A DNA stretch of 64,000 bases, taken from positions 7,750,001 to 7,814,000 of the forward strand of contig OZ234494.1 in assembly GCA_965153455.1 (NCBI GenBank). The letters run 5' to 3'. This document shows positions 1-15,537 of this stretch, one piece after another (the first letter of the stretch is position 1; each line of letters starts with the position of its first letter). The notes beneath the pieces were generated by a model. The model had not been told where the DNA came from, ran no database searches, and saw nothing but the letters and a program-made list of their open reading frames with translations. Both the position numbers and the translations under genes were made by a program. Source of the DNA: Sphagnum compactum. Taxonomy: Eukaryota.

Positions 1-158
1 AACTCATCTTTCACATGCAGATGGTTGATTGGAGCTTCCTGCTCTCCCCAAATTCTTTCCCGTCAAGTAAGCAGTTTCCAATTGCGTATTGAGAAGATTC
101 AATTTGTAGTGTTCTTCATGCAAGTGTTGGAAGCTCTTGTCCTGCACTTGATGACTAG

Positions 159-1735
<1,577 letters not shown>

Positions 1736-2459
1736 TTTTACTGAGTTGTAAGGTCAGATATGAGAGCTGAGGTGCTGTGGTATTTTGTGGTAGGAGTGCT
1801 GGATGTCAATGGTTCAATGGCAAGCAGAGTTTAAGGTACTACATGTTTAAGGAAGATTATAGTAGAAATGATGTCATGTTGTTTGCATCTTAGACACTGA
1901 TCCTAGAACATGACATCAGCCCTGGATGTATGCTAACAAAAATGTAATATGTTTCCTTAAGTCATAACCAGGAGAGAGATAATACCATTGTAACATAAGT
2001 TAGTACATGATCATGATGCATTTGCACGCAGGTTGTTGTTGATATACTGCTTTGTACTGATACACATTCCTGTATTGTGAATGTTAAGCTTATTGTCTGA
2101 TTACAAGCATGGATACGTACAATTCTTCTAGCTAGGGGTTTCCTATTGCTTCCAGAAATGCAAGAGACTCAGGATGCAGATTTGTAAATGATTTGCCCAA
2201 AATTTTGAGCAAACATCAATTAGTTCTATAGGTAAAAAAAGATTGACAATTCACATGGCTATAATGGACCACAACACGTGCAAGACATGCAAGATCAAAA
2301 TTGGTTAAATTTAGTTTTTGACAATGTAAACATATATCTATGAGCTAAAATTACAAGGAACATCTTTATGATCTTAAATAAACACAAGGTTAATCTTTAA
2401 ATCAATAAAACAATCCAGTGATCTTTTTTGTTATGCCAAATATGAAAGATTGTCCTCCA

Positions 2460-3270
2460 ACATATTGTCAACTTCAATCCCACACAATGACACATGCATA
2501 AGAACATCCAATGTGTCCAGTGTCAAACATGATCAAAGCTGACTCTTTATAACATTTTGCTTGGAAATCTTCGTTCGCATATGGATACACTCATTGAAAT
2601 AACAAGTACCTTTTGCTATAGGTTAATCAAAATTGGCCAATTGGTATGTTAGCAATCATTATGCTCACAAAAAGTGCCATGATTCAATCAAGCCTTAGTT
2701 TTCATATTCACGTTTCAAAGTTTCTAAAAATTCAATTTAACCTTATACAAAGTGCTATCGTTCTCTGAAATCGTGAATATTCTGATCAACCTCTCTAGCC
2801 ATTGGGTTGTCATTTGATGTTGGTCATCATCATCATTGGGATTGCTTAGGATTGACCAACTTTGAAACATTGAAAATTCGTAAGTTGGGAAATTATTCAT
2901 TTAGGTTGTGCACAATTGCCTACACTTACTCTCCAACCATTATTTTTATCTCCTCCAACAAGTCAAGTCATATTTCTTTTTCTCAAGAATATGAGAAGTA
3001 GGTCATTCCTCTAGGATATTAGGCTAGCTATTTTCATTAGATTCCAAACATGAATCATGTCACATTAACATTTCAAAACAATGACTACAAAAAAATTCAC
3101 ATTAGTGACTACATTGTGATTTATAATCACATGTTCACATTGATGCCTTTAAGGCATCAGTGTGTTTATAAACTAATTTCAATAATAATAACAAGCAGCT
3201 CATCGTGTAATGGCTCTACCCAATGTTATATGACCATGATCAATATTTTATTCCAAAGGCCAACTCCTTA
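2460..3270 (-). mobile_element. Degraded hAT-superfamily transposase, C-terminal (dimerisation) region
   Basis: Minus strand 2640-2460 reads NWPILINL*QKVLVISMSVSICERRF/[frameshift]SKQNVIKSQL*SCLTLDTLDVLMHVSLCGIEVDNM. This matches the hAT C-terminal pattern SxxCERxFSxxNxIKxxxRxxLxxxxLDxLM. Upstream HNLNE*FPNLRIF is consistent. Outer limit approximate. Confidence 0.7.
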
Positions 3271-3389
3271 GGAAGGAAGGTAAAGAATTTTTAGGAGTAT
3301 TTTATTTTCAAAAATTGAATATTCTAAATTAATTAATTGTTTGGGAAGCATGTGCCAAACCCGCCAAGGTACTATAGTATATGGAATGT

Positions 3390-3510
3390 TTAGAATTTAA
3401 AATTTTGAAAATTGAAATGTTTGAATTCCGATGTGTCAATAATGAAAGCATTATGTCTAAATACTGAAAACTGAAATGTTTGAATATTGAAAATTGAAAA
3501 TTGAAATGTC
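3390..3510. repeat. AT-rich degenerate short-period repeat (TTGAAAATTGAAATGTTTGAA-like) at the break point of the GST pseudogene
   Basis: Repeated TGAAAA(T/C)TGAAATGTTTGAA units visible directly. Confidence 0.6.
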
Positions 3511-4885
3511 TGATCCAAACACGTTGTGCATATGGGCAGAGAGCACCATAATACAGTTTGTTCACACAAACATCCCCACAAGGTTACTATTTGCTTTGAA
3601 CCTTCAAAACCAAAGTAAAGCTAGAATATATTCAGATATGGGTTGCTACACATATAGGTTGACAGGGTATGTGAACTCTAACACCCAAATTTTGCTCAAG
3701 TCATGATAGATTATTGCATCTAGATACCACAAAATAAAAGAAAAATGATTGATTGACCAATTTCTACCACATCCAAATTGGGCCACAGGGTTTCATCATT
3801 ACCAACAAACAAAAACGAGGTCTAGAAGATCTTGAAAGTAACAATAGAAAATCAGGATAGTACAGGGACCACTGTTGAATTATTGCGAACATAAAGACAT
3901 ATAGAATAAAATTGCTAGAAACTAGTAACTTGCATAGAGCACAACTCAAAACATGGACCGAATGTGCAACAAAGGGGTCACACACCTAGTTGTGCCATCA
4001 AAAAGAGGTGGGCACTCTGACTTAAAGTTTAGGTCTTGGGAATTCACATAGCTACAAATCATCCCTCCCCCACAACCCAATAGGTTTTTAAGTTCCAAAA
4101 TCCCATCACAAATATCACTAACAATCAATAGCCTCTTCCCACAAAAACCAAAGAAGACTAAAACACAAGACAGATATATATATGTGAGATTGCAAAGAAA
4201 TTCAACAAACAACAGGTTGAAGCTAACTATTGTGTCAGTTCTTACAAGAGTAAGATATGGTCATAACCTTATGAGCATCACTCACAAATCATCAAGCTAT
4301 ATCACCTTCACCATGAAGGTTGTTGCGAGTCTTTCCCACTAACTTCATCAACTCTTAAACTGTAGGATAACCACAACACCTTAGACTACACAATTGATTC
4401 TTTTATGAACCACCCATAACAAAATAACAAACAAATATAATTTTTGCCACACTCCAGAAAAATTTGTCATCACCACAGTGCCCTTCTTACAACACAAGAA
4501 TTTGGAAGTGCAGTAGACTACGTGCAAAAAAGAATACACACAACAACAAAATTTTGAATTGGCAGTAGTTTACAGTAAATGCATGCACAAAAAAACCTCT
4601 TTCGATGCATTATTATCTCTTTCTTTCTTTAAACCCAAGAAGAAAGAGGTACATATTTGCAGAGGATATATGTTGGAATGAAATGTAGCTCACATAGAGG
4701 TAGCCGACGCAACAAGAACCAAGAAAAAACCCCTTTTATATATTGATCTATCATGTCTCTCACATACCTATCTTTATGAATTTTAGAATCAATGCTTGCA
4801 CATACCCATCAATGAACTTAGATCATGAAGTAGTTTCAACTATAGTAGTAGTGAGATTGTACCTGGCTACTACTGTTGGAGCCAT
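3511..4885 (-). pseudogene. 5' fragment of a lambda-class glutathione transferase: exon 1 4885-4863, exon 2 4051-3986, partial exon 3 3557-3511
   Basis: In-phase splicing gives MAPTVVAS-YVNSQDLNFKSECPPLFDGTTR-LYYGALCPYAQRVWI, matching the GSTL N-terminus PPLFDGTTRLY...CP(F/Y)AQRVWI. The exon 3 acceptor is AA instead of AG, and similarity stops abruptly in an AT-rich repeat. Confidence 0.85.
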
Positions 4886-4949
4886 GCTATGAATCGATAA
4901 ATACCCTTTTCTGTGTACAAGTTGTGAATTCAAACACAAAAATGAGCGT

Positions 4950-6219
4950 GTTGGGAAATGCCCTTCCTTGTAAAAGGTGTTGCCTTTCTGGTATGTTGCA
5001 CTCCTAATCACACCTGCAGGAGGGGGACCAAGACCTTCCAACTCTATCGTAACATCTTCATTCTCAAAAGAGCTGTTGTTTGCAATAACACTAAATTCCT
5101 CACCCCATCCATCATGGACCGGATCACTAGCTTTTGCAATAGAAGGTGCTTCAGAACTTGAGAACATTGCTTCAAGCGGGTTCTCATGGGCTCTAGACAC
5201 TGAAGATTTGCCAAAACCGAACAATGTTGAAAATTGGTCAACCCCTCCAAGTGTACCCTCCCAAGAGGCTACAAGTATAGAACTTGGAACTCTAGGTTAA
5301 TGTGGTTGGGTTTTAGTTTGTGAATTACTAGCAAACACAAATGGATCCACTGAAGGGGCAAATGGATCAGTTTTTAGACCTGAGGCACCAATAGGACCAA
5401 AAATGGGCTTTGAAAATGAGAGACATGCAAAGGGATCCACCTTTGATTGGGATTTTGCACCCATAAAGAAAGGTTCTAGAGAGGCCTGTTTAATAGGTGG
5501 AGGGTTATTAAATAATAGGTGGAGCTAGTGTCTTTTTAGCAATCTCTGCAAGACTTTTTGGGAGTGATGATTTCAAGTTGCCCACTCCATGCAGGCCTAA
5601 AGGTGTTGAGTTATGTTCCTTTGGAGGCCCAAATGATCATCCTAAAGCACCCCCAGCAAATCCCCGAGCACATCCTCCTTATTTGAAGGAGCTATACATG
5701 AAATTCCAATTACTGATTTAGATGTTGGAATCTGTCCCCAACTCCTGCTTGTAAGATCCAACCCTTTTGATTGGGTTGTAACTGCCCAAAAACCCCATGT
5801 GTGCCATAAAGATTACCTACTATAGATTTTGAATTGTTATAAAAGCCATCTCCAGTCCCAGTTGATGTGATTCCACCTGCATTCGAAAAACCAAGAAATT
5901 CATGTGTATTTGCAATACCTGTAGGTTTGGATTGACTTGGCATACCACTACCATATAAATTAGGTTTAGATGGCCCTAGTTGATATTCGCTCAAAAACTC
6001 AAAGTTATGGTTTGATATTTGTGTTTAGCTTGGCCCCAAGCCACTTTAGGATGTTGACCAACTTGCAGATGCTTGAGATGAAATATTTGCGGGTTGTTTT
6101 TTTTAATCTCTTAAGATCCTAGTTGGTTGTGGTTTTGATAGACCTGGTCCAAGTTCAAAATCAAACTGGTAATCGTTCAGTGGTGTTGTTGCGTGTTGCA
6201 TATTCTTGGTTCGCTTCAT
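4950..6219 (-). pseudogene. Decayed 5' fragment of a plant protein with a low-complexity N-terminus and C-terminal TPR domain
   Basis: Starts MKRTKNMQHATTPLNDYQFDFELGPGLSKPQPTRILRD*KKQP with many stops. Ends ...DDGWGEEF..IELEGLGPPPAGVIRSATYQKGNTFYKEGHF, i.e. an EGLGPPPxGV linker followed by the first helix of a TPR (KGNxxYKEGxF), then truncation. Confidence 0.65.
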
Positions 6220-8479
6220 GATTGTAGAACTTGTAAATTGTATTTTTCAATACAAGATTAAGAGATAGAAATGCATGGTTGGCTTTGTCATTTAACAAAT
6301 CTCTACACATAAAAAACTAAAGGAAGGTAGTTCTAACCTCAAAAATCACACTATTCCTAATAAAAGATCATGGACACAAACCATGTTCCACACACTAATG
6401 TAATTAGAAAATGCCAATGCACAACCTAGATTCTCTAAAAGTTCTTCCAAGCTGTTGCACACTTTTGTAGCTCTAGAGAGCCAAATAGAAGAAAGGATCT
6501 TGGAGAGGACAAAAGTGAAGGCAGAGAGGATAGAAAAAGACCATGCAAGACATAATAATGGTGGAGTAGGAAGAGCAACAACAGTAGTAGCATCTTTGGA
6601 TGATGAATCCAGCCAAAGTTATAATTCCAATAGCAGAAAACTTGGTTGAAGAAAAAAATCTTTTCAGCTTTTGCAATGGTTATCAAAACCTACAATGTTC
6701 AATTACTTGAAAACCTAATGTATTTAGGGTTACTTTCACTCAAACATGGAAAATTATATCCATGTGAAAATTTTCATTCTGTGAACACTTGTCATCTCCA
6801 CATTGGCCAATGAGTGAGCAAATTTTTTTATCCCAATCCAAATCTTGCACAAATGCGTAGTCTCTTCCCTATGGGCAGAGCCAACAAACATATGCAATCA
6901 TATGTAAACAATGTGTAATTATGAACTTGAACTCTTATAGGAATAGGATGGTTTCATTGGCTAAAGCCTTACAATGCCCAAAATGTCAATATAAATTGTT
7001 GACGATCATCTCTCCTACAACCTTTAGGACTTGGCCCACTAGATGTGAAGTTAACTCCTAAATTATGGGACATCTAAATTTTAAAAGAACTTGGGATGTG
7101 AAACTTACTTTGTAAAATGTTACATGAATCTCATGCAATATTTGTCAAAAAAATGGATTGACGACCTTACATTTACAATTGTGGATAAATTCAAGATATC
7201 CAAAGCATAAAAGTTGCCAAATTCTATCAACTAAAATTTCAACCCCAAAAAAAAAAAAAACCCCCCCAATGCATGTGCAACATAGTGTTCAAATACACAA
7301 ATAATGTTCTCTTCATGTGGCCACAAAATATTAGCAATTTCAAAGATATCAAGCAATGGGTGAAGTGTGATACTTGTAATGAAGAAAATTCAAATCAAAG
7401 GATGGGTGTGAAGCCACATGCAAGTGTGGGGGCTTGAAGATCATAACCCACAAAACCCCCAAAACAAATACTAACAACAAATGGGCCAACATTCAAAACA
7501 AAAACCAAAGGCATATTAGGGAGTTTGAAAAACAAATCGTTGTCATTTAACTCCTTGCTAAGCTCTCTTTGGCACCAAAACACAAATCATGTTTTCTTTG
7601 GAATAATACAATTGGTTTACATTATTATGCTAACTGAATCCTTATTATAGTACAACAAGCTAGCCATGGTAAATTTTGGTAAAGCCCTTTTGGGTGGCTT
7701 TGGATGAGTTTTTCTTAATTGAATACAATTTTGGACATTAAACGCACAAAACAAATGAGAAACAAGTAATGGGTGAAGAGCGTGTGTACTTATAACAAAG
7801 AAAAATCAACTCAAAAGGGTGGGTGTGCACTGTGAAGCCACATGTGAATGTAGGAGTATAAAGATCATAGTCCTCAAATGAAGGTTGGCACCCAAAACAA
7901 GGTGTCAAGTGACATGTGAGCCCTGCCAATACAAAGATTTGAAAATAATGGAAAAAAATTTGATATGTTTGGAAACCTTTCGATGGCAATTATTTCCTGA
8001 ATGGATGGGATAATAAATTGAGGAGTATTTTGATTTAATGAATAATTACATTTTTCATCCATTCATTTAATGTCTTTTGGTGTTCTTTAAATTTTTATAA
8101 TGATTTTTTGAATATTTGTGAAGAATAAATGAAACAAAATAAATAATTTTATTATGTATATGTTTTTTTAATGATTTAGTATTATAATCAGCAAAAATTA
8201 TTGCTAAAATAAAATGGTTTAAACTTTTTAGTTACGATTGTAGGATGTTAAATGGCAATGAACAACAATTTATTAGGTGATGTTTGTGTTGCATACATGC
8301 ACATATATATTTACATGATTGAAGTATTAAAAATCATAGAAATTTCAAAAAAGGTTATATAAATATTTGAAGCTTTAGAATTTGTGTATTTTTCGTACTA
8401 TAACATTGCAAATAAAACATTATTACTTTTTAGATATTTTTGTAATTTCATTTGGATTGGAATTTATTTATTTGTCCAT

Positions 8480-11400
8480 TTTTTTTCATTAATGGATGGT
8501 ATAATAAATTGAGGAATATAGTCAAATAATTTACATGCAAATATACAGGGTTATGATCTGTAAAATAAGCTTGTATTGATCCAACATTGCATTGGTGTGT
8601 TGGGGCATTAGTCCACATATGGTTGATTTGTGTATTATTAGGTGTTGTGCTTTCTATGATATAATATGGAAATTATGGGTATTCATATAACTTTATAATG
8701 TTATTGATTCAATTGTATTTGTTAACATTTTTTTGTTAAAATCTCCAATTATTATGGTTAAACAGTTTGTAGGAAATTTTGTAATTATGTTTTCTAAAAT
8801 GGAAATGAAAAAAATTGTGTTCATTTGTGGTGGTTTGTAAATTGCAATTATGTACAAAGCTTGTCGTGTGTTTTCATTGAAAAAACCAATGAAAAACTCA
8901 ACACATGAATTTGTTTTTGAAAATGTATGTGATAAGAACATATTTGTATCATAAAGTATCATCATGCTGTGCTTGTCATAACATGAAAGAATTTTGAATT
9001 TATTTGAAATAACGTTATAAATTTCATATGTTTGAATATTTTATATTCTTTTTGGTTTAAACAAAGAATATGTGATGTAAATAAATTTGGATCATTAAGA
9101 ATGTCTTGAAAGTGTAATTTTAAAAAATGAATATTTAAGGATTGTATGACAATAAATTTTTTACAATAAGATTGTATTAAAGTGTCTACTTTTGACAATG
9201 GAGAAATTAAGTATAAATGTTCTTTTGAACGGACTCAAGATAATGTAGTGTATGTTAAGCTATGGTTGGTTATGCCACTTGGATCAAATGCAAAACCATC
9301 AAAAGTTAAACCTTGTGCTTGATGAATAGTGTATGCTACAACTAATTGGATGGCAAATTGAATTATTGTGATGATATGAAAAGGATTATTACCAATTTGT
9401 ATTTTTGCAAATTTTTGTTTTATCGGTCTCCATTTTTTAACCATTGTAGGGAATTGTTTATAAATGTTAATATGTGTATTTGTTCCAATTTGTGGATTAT
9501 GGAAATATGTTCAAATCAATGGTTTTGGATTATTTTCTGCATAATTTTCAAAGGTGCCATCTACACCATTTACAAGAACATATAATGTTGCATAATTGTC
9601 AACACATAATTCCACTAACATTTTAAAAAAAATAACAATTCATGATGGAGGCCACCTGTGTGAGATGATATCATTGATAATTTGAAATGAAAAGGACATG
9701 TTTCAAAATGAACATCTTTTGTAAGAAATTTGAATGTTTCACCAAGTGTTTTGTGATACACAATTTTGTTGTGGGTAGTGGTTTTAAGGTTTGTATAAAA
9801 TAAATGTGGTAATGTGTTATCCATTGGTGGTGGTTTTAAACAAAAAATTGGACATAAAATGTATGTCATCATTTGTTTATGGAGTGGGTCAAAACCTATT
9901 TGTAACAATTAACATTTAATTCGTAATCTTGTTCCTACACCTCTTGTTAAGAAAATGTGTAAGGTTTTGAAGGATATTTATTTTTTAATATATAATATCA
10001 TCTATAATGAGTTTTTGTTCATCATTAAGTTTCTTCATATTTGTTGAAAATTCTTCTTATGGAATGCGTTCATCCATTTGTTGAGAAATATCATGAATTG
10101 GTGTTTTGTTTTTCTTAAGTTTGTTTTTTTAATATATATGGATATTGATCATATGTTAAATCGTATAGATCAACTTCTTTGGTATTTGCAAACATGTTTA
10201 TTTTTGGGTTACTTGCACGAAGATTTATTTTATTAATAATGATATTTTCCCATCCTTTATTTCATTTTTTGGGTGTATTCTTGTATTTGTGACTATAAAT
10301 TATACCATTCATCACCATAATTGTTTAAAATATTAAAATTATATATGACTTTTTAAATTATTTTCTAATCCATGAGAAGGTTTAAATAAATGAAATAATT
10401 TTTAATAATAATTTTTAAAATCTTTATGAAGATTAAATGAAACCCAACGTATTATTTATTTATTTTTATGACAATTTATATAGTAATTAACAACAATTTT
10501 TGCTAAAGAAATATGGTTTAATGATTAATTCCATATTTTATGTTTTTACAATTAATGATTTGCAATGGATGTGTGTTGAATTTGGAGATAATTTTTAAAA
10601 TATTTGTTGTGGCAATAAAACAAATGTTCTATCATTTTCTTCACAAGTATTTATGAATTTGAATGATCTTGTTGAATGATATAATGGAATGGATAAATAT
10701 ATATGTACTTCTTATTGAATTGACATTTGTTGAGCATTTAAAAATGCATTTCTTAGTTTTAAATTTGTTCAAATGGTTCAATTTTTTCACATTTACATTT
10801 GTCCAATATGATTTGCATTTCTCATGTCACAAATTTATTTATTTTTGTTAAATAAGAAGTGCAATAGGTTGTTGCATATGGATTTAAAATGAATATTTGC
10901 TTCCCACAAAGATCTTGCATGCATATTAAAAACATTTGTTCGTACATCATTTGGTTTATGTTTCAAAAACAATGTTAATTTTCATATTGTACGTAATAAA
11001 GCAAGTAGATAAATCTATTCATTTAATTGTAAATATGAAAAAAATTAGTCAAACAAAATTTCTACACTTAATCCCATATCAACAGGGTTTTTTTTAATTT
11101 CAAAAAGCTATTTCACAAATATTTGAATTATTATCGTTTTCATTTAAACATGATAATATTTTTGTACATTTCATTAGTGGTTTTGGATATTGGAATTGAC
11201 AAATTGTTTGTTGTTTTTTTTGACATGTTCATTTGTGTTGATGTATTTGACTATTACAAATCTATGTAATGAAAATGCTTTGATTAGTTGTTAAATATTT
11301 TTCAACAAATTTTTTGATTTCTTAATTTGTAAAAATTCTAAATTTAGGAGCATTTTTAGACCATAACAATCATGATCATGGGTTAAACTTGTGGATTGGA

Positions 11401-13150
11401 ATTCCATTACAAAAAAAATTCATTTATTTTGCCAAATAAAACATTATTACTTAAAAAAATATTTTTGAAAGCTATTCATCCTATGTTCATAATAACGCAC
11501 ATAAGTGAAAGGGTCATTTTTAACAAGATCTTTTATTTTGGTAAATCTTCATTTTTTGTATTAAGATTTTGAACATGTTGAATATGTAAATAATTTAATG
11601 TATTTACAAGAATAGGCCAATTATTTACACTTGTTGTAAATGTTACACAAAAAATGGAGGTCCAAGTTGTCTAATCATTGCAAAAACATCTTTTTGAAGT
11701 TACTTTGAATAATCTAGAAATGTTCTAATACAACTTAATTATTTATAACCTAAATTAAATTTCAATCTTTTGTTTAAATTTACATTCTTTGAAACGTCAC
11801 TAGCTAAGGATTTAACCAAATAATTTTGCTTTTTGTATACGAATCTAATCAAAAGATAATATAAAATGTATTCAAATTTTTATTTTTAAAAAATATATCT
11901 TTGTTATACGATATGCAAATTTTCTATTAACATTTGTTAACTTAATTTGTACTATCTTTTGATATGAACATGTAAAAGATGGTCTTGGATTCCTATAAAA
12001 TAACGTTAGGAAGTTGTATTCTTCTAAATATGGATCATGGGATAATATAAGTGGCCGAAAACCTTTTCATGGAGCAATTGTTGGAGTTTTTGAATCATCA
12101 TCAATAATTTATTCACGATTCAATACGTTTTGTAACAATGTTTCTCAAGAGTTTTTTTTAATGAATTATTCAAATTTCTTTAAATTATGCAAATCAAAAG
12201 TTTGTTCAATTGTCATTTTTGAAATCATTATTTCCACTTGCATTTGTAACTTCTATTAAACTTTATTAATTTGGTTTCATTGCAACATTTGCAACTACAT
12301 ATAAAGGCATTTTACAATTTTTTCGTAATGCTTCCATGACTATGTTAGTTTGAACATAACCAAACAAAAAAATATATATATATATATAATATTTATTTTT
12401 AAGGAAAAAAATTGAATAATTTTCATATGGCATATGAGGTAAAACAATTTGAATAATATTCAAATTTGTTGGGACATCGACAATACTTCCATGTAATTCA
12501 TATTATCCATACCTTTGTAATTGAAATACTCATGCAAATGTTGAATGTGGTGCAATTAGATGTTCTTTTATTTAATTTAACATTAAAAGAAATTTCATAT
12601 TAAGTTTATTGATTATGATATGATTTTGTAAAAGTAAGTCAAATTATTTTTACAAGATTTACATATTAGTACACATTTTATAGTTTTATCATTTTTTATA
12701 TCATCAGAAGTTTTCAATATATGGTTTTGATGCAACAGAAATTTGATATTTCAATTGTAACCTTTAACAACAATCACATACATGTTTTGCAACATTTTTG
12801 ATATTAAAATTATATTTAAAAATAATTTTATGAGAAATATATATATTTCATTACTATATGGGAAAAATAATAATTTTATGAACATTATTTACTATTTATT
12901 TTTAAAATTAAATTAGTTGACAAATTTTATTCTTTTTATCATTGTTTTTTAATTCTCTTTTCAATTGCACATTAATTTTCTAATGAATTATATTACATGA
13001 TAATATGTTTCTTGAAGTATTGTTGATATGTTATGTTATAATGTTTTCAATTACATTATTAAAAAAATGTTCATTATGTTCGGAATAAATATCAATATTT
13101 ACATGAGTTTTGTTTTATTTTGATTCAAAGTATTTCAAATGTCGCCATAT
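8480..13150 (-). mobile_element. Degraded Helitron2/Helentron-like element: DUF6570-like region, HUH Rep, Pif1 helicase, C-terminal AP endonuclease
   Basis: Minus-strand motifs in order: EHLIAPHSTF...HGSIVDVPTNL (~12560-12460); FFVMEFQS...HDH/LLWSKNAP, Rep motif 2 (~11415-11345); decayed Walker A LHIFLTRGVGT (~9960-9927); FAIQLVVAYTIHQAQGLTFD, helicase motif VI (~9360-9300); IIAIYKPP...IIIGDFN (8850-8735). Many stops and frameshifts, and an internal deletion after Walker A. Ends not identified. Confidence 0.85.
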
Positions 13151-15420
13151 TTTAATGGGTGAAAGCACATTATGGGGGGCCACTTTGGGCACTTTCACGA
13201 CACGTATGTAATATATATATTTGGAAAACAAGTTGCATTTAATTTTGGGTTTCAGTTTTGGTGTTTGGGTTTGATATTTTGATTTTCACAAAGTTAATGA
13301 TATCTAATATTATTTGAAAAACAAAAATAAAAACATTAAATTCAAGGAATAAAAGGTATATTTATGGTACATGTAGTATAATAGAGCTTGTTTCTACTTT
13401 TGAACTGCACTGGGTTTGGGTTTGAATTTGTTAGTTAAAAAACGTTTGCAGAGAAATTTAATAAAATGACCCACCTCACCTATCTTGTCATCTTTCATTT
13501 GAAAGTGACAGTTTGTCAAAATGTTAATTTACCACATACTTATGGTCATCACCCCCAAAAACACCCATTTGTGAGATGATACTTATCAAACTTTTCACAT
13601 CGTTCACAAAATTATTATAATCATATGGAATCACAATGTTTAATAAATATTACAAAGTTCATAAAAACTAAAAATCATTTCAATCATTTTTTGAGTATAT
13701 TTGCATTTTTTAGTATGTTGTGATGTATATATTTTTGGCACAAATATATTCTAACATCACATCATATTATATTTAAAAATGTAGTTTATTTCGAATTTTA
13801 TTTATTTGGGTTTTGACCTACCATAATATGCAAAACAATTGTGAAAATCCTTTATAATAATGACATGGTTGAAGTTCAAACATGGGGCCCCTTAAAAAAA
13901 AACAATGTGACCACAATTTTGGGCCTCCCCATAGTGTGCTTTCACCTTAATGTGTTTAAATGCATATGTGGATGTTTTATAATGAATATCGAAGCAATTT
14001 TTTGCAGCGTCCATGTAAAGGGGTGAAAATGTGATCCGTTGACATTACCATCTTCAAGAAAGTAATGTTGAAGGAACAAGTTCTTCTTCTTATTTTTAAT
14101 AAAAGCTATCACTTACTAACTTTATTACAACTACTCAAGTGGTACTAAAGACTTATGTAAAGAAAAAAATAAGAATGTAGGGTCTATCATTTAGGCACAA
14201 ACCTATCATCCTTATTATAGGCCACTTTAGTAGTGTGAGAAGAAGGAAGTATAGAAAGCAAAAAAAAAGATAAGAGGGATTAAGAAATAACTACCCTCCA
14301 AGTCTCTATAGTACCTTTAGTGCATCAGAATGGTGTCTAGTGGGTCTGCAAGCCTTCCATAGATGCTATCTAACCTTTACAGTGTTTGCATACCATCTAG
14401 TGGCATTGTCTACAATCTACAATCCCTTGAAAAGCCTCCTCGACAATTCCTATTATCTATAGCCACTTTAGACTTTCATGGTTTTGACCTACCATCTGTA
14501 GAAGTCCCATTTATCCTATCGACTATCCTTTTCACAATTTGGAAGCTCTAACATGTTGAAAGAGTTTTGCTTGTGAATTTGAAAGATAGATTGTGAATCC
14601 AAACCTTGCACCATAGCTTTGTGAATTTGGGCAAGTTAATTTTGGTGGGAATGGGATGTGCTTGAATTTCGGGGGAAATTGAAAGTTCTTCCCTAATTAA
14701 TGTGTAGTTGCTATTCTTACATTGGATTGTTGAAAACCCTAATCCTTGTTTATGGTCAGTTGTGTGCTATTTAACATGACCTTTGCACCCAAGCACCAAA
14801 CTGGTGATGCTCATTTTAATGTGTAGTCCAATTGCCTATGACCAAACACTCATTCCCACCCCAAACTTGGGGTTGCTACAAAATTAGACCATTTTTTTCC
14901 CATTGCCAAACTTTAAAAGTATCCTTCATGTTCCCCCCTTGCATAATGAAAATCAACTCATGGCCCATCACTAAACTAGTCCCTTGGGGAATTATTCAAC
15001 TTTTTTACAAATGAACCCACCTAAACCCCTAATACCAAACACTTAAATTTGATGGTTGGTCACCAATATGACAAACCTAGAACAATTGTTTTCTCAAGCG
15101 AGCATTTGGTAATGGGCTAAAAAGACAACACCCATAAGCAATTTTTTTGTTCTAACATAGGCTAGTTGCCGCACTACATGGGTGCTTGGTGACCGGCCTC
15201 TGTTTGGTGGTGGGCCAGTTTACCCTAATCTGATACCCACCCAACATTGGTATCCATCCACCTCTGCCTCCTAACTATGTGCCAAATACCCACCCCGAAA
15301 TGGTCCTATTAAACAATTAATCCTTGTTTATGATTTTAAATAGAAAAAATGATCCAAATTTACTAGATTTCTCAGATTAAATAAATTCCAATTTGCAAAT
15401 TTTTTATGATAAGGGTCCGC

Positions 15421-15537
15421 GATGTAGCCAAGAAAAAAATAAAGATCCTCTCTTTTTCTTTTTTTTTTCATATCTGGTATGTATGTAGCCAGATTTGGCT
15501 AAATTATTCTCTGGATGATCGCCACCTTGGCTACATC
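15421..15537. repeat. Short non-autonomous repeat with 12-bp perfect inverted repeats (GATGTAGCCAAG / CTTGGCTACATC) and an internal TAGCCA-TGGCTA hairpin
   Basis: Inverted repeat at 15421-15432 and 15526-15537; GGATGATCGCCA motif repeated near 15646. Confidence 0.55.
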
